Part shown: piece by piece, positions 17,801 through 22,311 of the stretch
Layout of the letters: the number at the start of each line of letters is the position of its first letter
Numbering within the stretch: position 1 is the stretch's first letter
Assembly (NCBI GenBank): GCA_024276825.1
Contig: JAJRWI010000058.1
Coordinates: 1-22,311 of the forward strand
Direction: 5' to 3'
Origin: an archaeon
Lineage (GTDB): Archaea > Asgardarchaeota > Thorarchaeia > Thorarchaeales > Thorarchaeaceae
Length of the DNA stretch: 22,311 nt
Translations under genes and position numbers: made by a program
The notes under the pieces: model-generated
The model's database searches: none
What the model was told of the DNA's origin: nothing
Seen by the model: the letters and a program-made list of their open reading frames with translations, nothing else

Positions 17801-20002
17801 TTGAATAATTATATGATCATTTCAAATGTATTTCAATCTAATCTGACTATTGATGACATCAGACAAAACCTAGATGTTTTCAAAATTGAAGGCGTAGGTG
17901 TAGGGTTTCAGAAATATGGGATTATCAGCAAAGCGATTAAAATTTTGGAACAAATTAGCAGAACTTCTTTTGTCCAATATTCGGAAAATCAGCAAGACTA
18001 TGCAATTGGTTTTATCAAAACGCCAATCAAAGATACACGAATGATTGATGCACATGTAACATATGAGGGCAAAAAGACACTTGATCCGTCATTATCACTA
18101 AACAAAACACTTGCCTCACTATTGAACAAAACAAAAGAATACAAATTAAGGGCTATCTTATGGAAGGGTGGACCCCATGCCTTTTTTTCAAAGAAAGGAA
18201 CAGAAATTCATGATAATGGATATAATATCCTTCTCTTTGAAGGCCTGAATTTTCGATATAATATTCTTAATGATGGACGGATAGTTCTCTCTCTTGATGT
18301 TATGACAAAATATTACGAGTCTAGTCCCTATCTTGAATATATTGAAGAAAATGGTTTGCAATCACTTATGGAAGAAATAGAATATAACAAACAATATATG
18401 AAGAATTTAGGGAGGACCTTCAAGGGAATTCATTTCTTCTATAGTTTGTCACCCATGGATGTAACAATTGATGGGTTTGATCCACGTCCAATATCAGAAA
18501 TTCCTGTAAAGTCATATTCTGGAACACATGGGAATGATTCTCAAACAATTGCAGATTATCTGTTATTAAAATATCACAATAAAAACTTGGGAGGCAGGTT
18601 AGACTTGGATCAACCAGGACTGCGACAAGGAACTATGACTTTTGCACCACAATTTCTTTTTAAGAGCATACCTTTTCAAGATGTCCCCTCAAAGATTAAA
18701 GATGGCTATACCTATTACACTGATGATGCTCCATTCTATGATCGTGATTTGGAACATACTGCAAGAACCCGCTGGAATAAGACTATGGATTTTTTTGAAA
18801 AATATGATCTCTCATTACTTGATTTTGGTCCGCATAAGCTGCTATTTCAAAAGCCACTTGAATACCCTCCTTCAAATCATTTTAGACTACCATATATCAT
18901 CGCAGGCCGGAAAAAAAGGGTATTACCTTCACAAATTCAAGATGAGTTAAAGAATGGATTGTATCAAATTGTGCGGATTAAGAAAATATTTGTATTTTCT
19001 AAGACCAAAATGTACCTAAAACATTTCTATAGGCTACTGGTTCAATATGCTAAAAGTCAATTGAATGTTAGACTACCAAACAAGCCGATTATTCTGGAAA
19101 CCGACTTGAAAGCTATGGAAACCCAAATTCAGCGCTCATTATCAATCAAACCTGAACAATCATTAGTGATTGCAATTATAGACGATAAGGATAATCAGTT
19201 ACATGACAAAATAACAAATATATGTGGTCATCTTGGGGTTCCTTCAAAATGCATTACTTCCACCGTGGTTAAAGCAATCACTGGTGGGAAGAAATTCTAT
19301 CTCTCCGGTTTTATATCATCACTCTTAACACGAGCTGGATTTATCCCATGGGTTTTAGATACCAAATTACATTATGATTGCTACATCGCAATTGATGTTG
19401 GTCGCGCAAAATCCGAAACTTGGGCATTTTTAATTGTGTATAATAAAAACGGTCTGTATAAACTAGGTGAGAAAAAACTAACTGTTGGGGAGTCAATTAC
19501 AAAGGTGGGCCTTGAGTCTTGCATTGAATATGCACAGTCAGCTGTTCCAAATGCAAGATCAATAATATACCTTCGTGATGGAAGTATAGGTAAGCAAGAA
19601 TATCTTGCATTTCAAGAAATTCTTGAAAGGTCTGCACTTCATCATGGCGCCATTGTATCCGTAAGAGAATCAACTCCCTTTAGAATCTATAGAGGTAATG
19701 AGTCCGATGTCTGGCGTCCAAATTCTGGTGATTATTATATTCTCGACAATTCAAATATTGTTCTTTGCGCTGCAGGAGCAGACGAATATAGTCATGGTAC
19801 ACCAAATCCAATTGTAATTGATTTCATTCCAATAAAAGGAACTATTGAAATGTTGAAGGCGGTCGAAGATATATTCAGGCTCTCATATTTAAATTGGGCA
19901 TCGCCTGGAAAGAGCTTTTCAACTCCAGCTCCTTTACGAATGGCCCACAAACTTGCAAGGGAAACAAGCCTAGGGCTTGAACGCAGTACTCTTCCCTTCT
20001 AA
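17801..20002 (+). CDS. ago: Long Argonaute (N-L1-PAZ-L2-MID-PIWI) with an intact DEDH catalytic tetrad
   Basis: 733 aa. PIWI motifs YIAIDVG (D532), GESI (E564), YLRDG (D593), P..GDY, GTPNP, DIFRLSYLNWAS and PAPLRMAHKLA (H716). MID segments GVPSKCI and RAGFIPW. L1 segment GRIVLSLDV. Confidence 0.92.
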   Translation: MNNYMIISNVFQSNLTIDDIRQNLDVFKIEGVGVGFQKYGIISKAIKILEQISRTSFVQYSENQQDYAIGFIKTPIKDTRMIDAHVTYEGKKTLDPSLSLNKTLASLLNKTKEYKLRAILWKGGPHAFFSKKGTEIHDNGYNILLFEGLNFRYNILNDGRIVLSLDVMTKYYESSPYLEYIEENGLQSLMEEIEYNKQYMKNLGRTFKGIHFFYSLSPMDVTIDGFDPRPISEIPVKSYSGTHGNDSQTIADYLLLKYHNKNLGGRLDLDQPGLRQGTMTFAPQFLFKSIPFQDVPSKIKDGYTYYTDDAPFYDRDLEHTARTRWNKTMDFFEKYDLSLLDFGPHKLLFQKPLEYPPSNHFRLPYIIAGRKKRVLPSQIQDELKNGLYQIVRIKKIFVFSKTKMYLKHFYRLLVQYAKSQLNVRLPNKPIILETDLKAMETQIQRSLSIKPEQSLVIAIIDDKDNQLHDKITNICGHLGVPSKCITSTVVKAITGGKKFYLSGFISSLLTRAGFIPWVLDTKLHYDCYIAIDVGRAKSETWAFLIVYNKNGLYKLGEKKLTVGESITKVGLESCIEYAQSAVPNARSIIYLRDGSIGKQEYLAFQEILERSALHHGAIVSVRESTPFRIYRGNESDVWRPNSGDYYILDNSNIVLCAAGADEYSHGTPNPIVIDFIPIKGTIEMLKAVEDIFRLSYLNWASPGKSFSTPAPLRMAHKLARETSLGLERSTLPF

Positions 20003-21001
20003 ACTCATCTGAATAATGTTCGATACACTTTCAAACACATTAAAGTACCTATTATCTGGTGCATTGTTTATTAATTTCCAACCAACGTTGAATAAGCATC
20101 TAACATCATTTGGTGGTTGGGATGTAAATTCAACAATATCATAATCTATTTCGGTCATACTATCAAGTGTGAATTTGAAACTTGTTTGACATGCTGCTTC
20201 TTTTATAAGATCAATTGAATCCACAATCTCCTCGTCTGCCCAATCATATACCAAAATGTTGCGAGCAATCTCCTCAATGTCATTAGCAGTTTTATTAAAT
20301 CCATTCTCTCTTAATACTTCAGTCATTAGATGGACTCGAAATGAATGATGGGGATGTTCGTCTGCAAATTGATTGAAAACAGGCCATAAACACTCTATAT
20401 ATGCAAAGGGATATGGGGGACCAATAAATGATGTTGCAATAGCATCACAAATTGCCTCTTCTATTCTTCCTTCTTGATACTTAATATCCAATCCTGAATG
20501 AATTTGCTTGCTAATTTTCATAACAACATCCTTTGAACTTAACCAACAATGAGCAATCTCATGAATTGCAAGAGACCAAAATATAGGGGGGTCAAACTCG
20601 TGCACTAAAATAATAAAATAATCAATATCTGATGATGAATCTATTCTGTTGTAATAATCAAAAGCACCAGTAGCTCCATAGATTGTTGAAAACACTCCTA
20701 ATGTTGGATCACTTATTTCCATCATTTTGGAACAATACTCAATAAGGCCTTGCAAAGATATCCACTTGTTTGATTTACTACATTGAACAGCAGTTGATAT
20801 CAATTGCTGTTGAAATGTTAACCAATCCAATGAAAATCGAGCAAGTCGAATATCATTTATTGTGTAAATACTATCAATGTCATGAGAAGCTCTGGATATG
20901 TATTCAGAAACTCTGTCACTCAAATACTTTGAATATTTCTTAATAATGTCAAACGGGACCTTTTGTGGCATTGTTTCTAATTGCTTGTTTAATAATCGCA
21001 A
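19970..21001 (-). CDS. HEXXH zincin-like protein (real start possibly ATG 21033 via an A-run frameshift)
   Basis: LAIHEIAHCW...EEAICDAIA...GPPY...HPHHSFR. Overlaps the ago 3' end by 33 nt. Confidence 0.7.
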   Translation of the reverse strand: MRLLNKQLETMPQKVPFDIIKKYSKYLSDRVSEYISRASHDIDSIYTINDIRLARFSLDWLTFQQQLISTAVQCSKSNKWISLQGLIEYCSKMMEISDPTLGVFSTIYGATGAFDYYNRIDSSSDIDYFIILVHEFDPPIFWSLAIHEIAHCWLSSKDVVMKISKQIHSGLDIKYQEGRIEEAICDAIATSFIGPPYPFAYIECLWPVFNQFADEHPHHSFRVHLMTEVLRENGFNKTANDIEEIARNILVYDWADEEIVDSIDLIKEAACQTSFKFTLDSMTEIDYDIVEFTSQPPNDVRCLFNVGWKLINNAPDNRYFNVFESVSNIIQMSLEGKSTAFKP

Positions 21002-21033
21002 TCTGTAATTAAGTAATATTACATATTTTTCAT

Positions 21034-21432
21034 TTAATGAAGGAAAAGTGATCGTGGATCTACACTCCTTGATGTTATGTTGATGGCATTATTTGCAATA
21101 ACTCGAAGAATATCAAAACATTTCCCACTTGTTTCATTGTTCTCAATATGTTGGATGCAATCATCAAGTCTTTCTATTAGTCCTGTTGGATCTATTTCTA
21201 ATTCCTTGACGAGGTTTTCTGCTAATTCAACTAAGAAAGCCTCTACTATGATTTCTCTCTCTATGAAACTTCTTGCTCCTTCTATTATCTCTCTCAATAT
21301 TTTGATAATCCTCTCTCTAGTGTGCTCATCTGGTGTATTCAAGGTTCTTGCTTCATGAATGAAATCTGAAACCGCTGACGCAATACGCATTCCTCTCATT
21401 GAATCTTTTGAGAGCATCCAAATGCTTGCCAT
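21034..21432 (-). CDS. 132-aa alpha-helical hypothetical protein, probably co-transcribed with the HEXXH gene
   Basis: Its TAA is immediately followed by ATG (TAAATG). GGTGGA lies upstream of its start. Confidence 0.7.
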   Translation of the reverse strand: MASIWMLSKDSMRGMRIASAVSDFIHEARTLNTPDEHTRERIIKILREIIEGARSFIEREIIVEAFLVELAENLVKELEIDPTGLIERLDDCIQHIENNETSGKCFDILRVIANNAINITSRSVDPRSLFLH

Positions 21433-21619
21433 AATACTCAGTCCACCACTATCAACTTTGCTGCGTAATTAATTAACTCATTTGTAATAATAAAATGTAG
21501 AACCTTTTATTTCTGTCTTTTTGTTGCTTATTTAACAATTGCTAGATTATGATATTCATTTTACTGATAATTGCCATTTTGAATTCTCACAGTGATTAAG
21601 ACCTTCTTCTTCTCCCAGC

Positions 21620-22311
21620 TCAAATATTGGTCACCTTGACTGCCATTTTTTCCAATTGTTTTGCAATGATGCTTCGATGACAAAATTGATTATCTCTCTA
21701 AAAACAAAGAAGCGCAACTCTGCTTTGCTCACTCATTTTCTTTATTCTTGCTAGAATGTCTTCCTTATTGATTAATTCTGCCTCATATCTTTTGAAGAGT
21801 TCTCGATAGTCCTCATAGGATTCAAGATTTTTCCTTAATGACGCCTCAATGCCAAGCTCTGGAATATGAACATACTGAATCTTGAATCTACTCAGGTAAT
21901 CACTCAATTTGGTCTTGTTGAAGCCAAATTTGCGGCTGGATGGGTTCTTTCGTACATCAATGACAACATTGACACCATTGGATATCATTACACTAAGAAA
22001 CTCATCAATAGTCCTGCCTTCATAACCAATGGTAACTACTCCCTTCCCCTTTTTCTGGGAGCCTTTCTCAATTTGGTCATAAACCGTATATTCTGGATAG
22101 TTGGAATAGACATAGTTCAGTATCTCTTCATTGTCCATTTTTTGAATGCCTCTATCTGACGGTCGATGATCTCTTTGATAGAATTATCAATATTATTTGG
22201 AATATGCTTCAACTCTCTTACTTCAATGTCTGACTGCCTGATAATTCCCTCTCTCTCCAGACGATAGAGATCATGATACATCTGAAACGAAAATGGGCCG
22301 TATTTATATGG
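21620..22311 (-). pseudogene. SocA/Panacea-like N-terminal domain fused to DUF488, with a frameshift near 22139-22143 and an in-frame TAG at 21698-21700
   Basis: Window end reads PYKYGPFSFQMYHDLYRLEREGII...EAFK, then a frameshift in an A-run. Next come TIGYEGRT, VIDVRKNPSSRKFGF, YVHIPELGI and LLCF*RDNQFCHRSIIAKQL (family motif LxCxE....CHR). Confidence 0.85.

Larger units (their letters stand above)
15400..22311. other. AT-rich defence-like genomic island (left boundary approximate; continues past the window end)
   Basis: Visible compositional shift. Spot counts: 18/60 GC at 18301-18360 versus 37/60 at 6001-6060. Contains MazF, Argonaute, HEXXH and DUF488 genes. No integrase seen. Confidence 0.65.

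Noticed and set aside
16521-21700. Pyrrolysine explanation for the internal TAGs
   Set aside because: Several internal stops are TAA, the DUF488 TAG sits at a conserved Glu in a gene that is also frameshifted, and no pyl genes are in the window.
954-22159. Antisense and alternate-frame ORFs (e.g. 1105..1527, 2130..2645, 3405..3884, 6150..6557, 6999..7403, 7366..7815, 12126..12500, 18642..18950, 21866..22159)
   Set aside because: They overlap well-supported genes and show no motifs, so they are treated as shadow ORFs.
1-22311. Genome-wide reassignment of TAA/TAG to sense
   Set aside because: Many genes end convincingly in TAG or TAA: 9546 and 9954 precede terminators, the TAATG coupling at 7247-7251, and Ago ends at the expected C-terminus. 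Frameshifts also occur.

Overview
Archaeal chromosomal window, most likely from an Asgard archaeon (Thorarchaeia-like). This assignment is inferred from a divergent actin-family gene, a Tat-less reductive dehalogenase and archaeal-type small regulators. Bases ~1-15.2 kb are mostly metabolic and membrane genes: ArsR-type regulator, two flavodoxin-fold proteins, DUF3795, MTH1187/YkoF, class I methyltransferase, split reductive dehalogenase, ferredoxin, acyl-CoA dehydrogenase, an unannotated 55-aa Cys/His metal-finger protein coupled to a nitroreductase, several membrane proteins and an actin-related protein. This part also holds a striking operon of speD, a secreted-ectodomain/TM/BpsA-like aminopropyltransferase fusion, a GNAT acetyltransferase and an Lrp-type ligand-binding domain. 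From ~15.4 kb to the end is an AT-rich defence-like island: interrupted MazF/PemK toxin, full-length Argonaute with an intact DEDH tetrad and an unusual MID pocket, a convergent HEXXH protein with a small partner, and a broken Panacea-like/DUF488 gene. At least five genes carry in-frame TAA/TAG stops. No rRNA, tRNA, CRISPR array or transposase was recognised.
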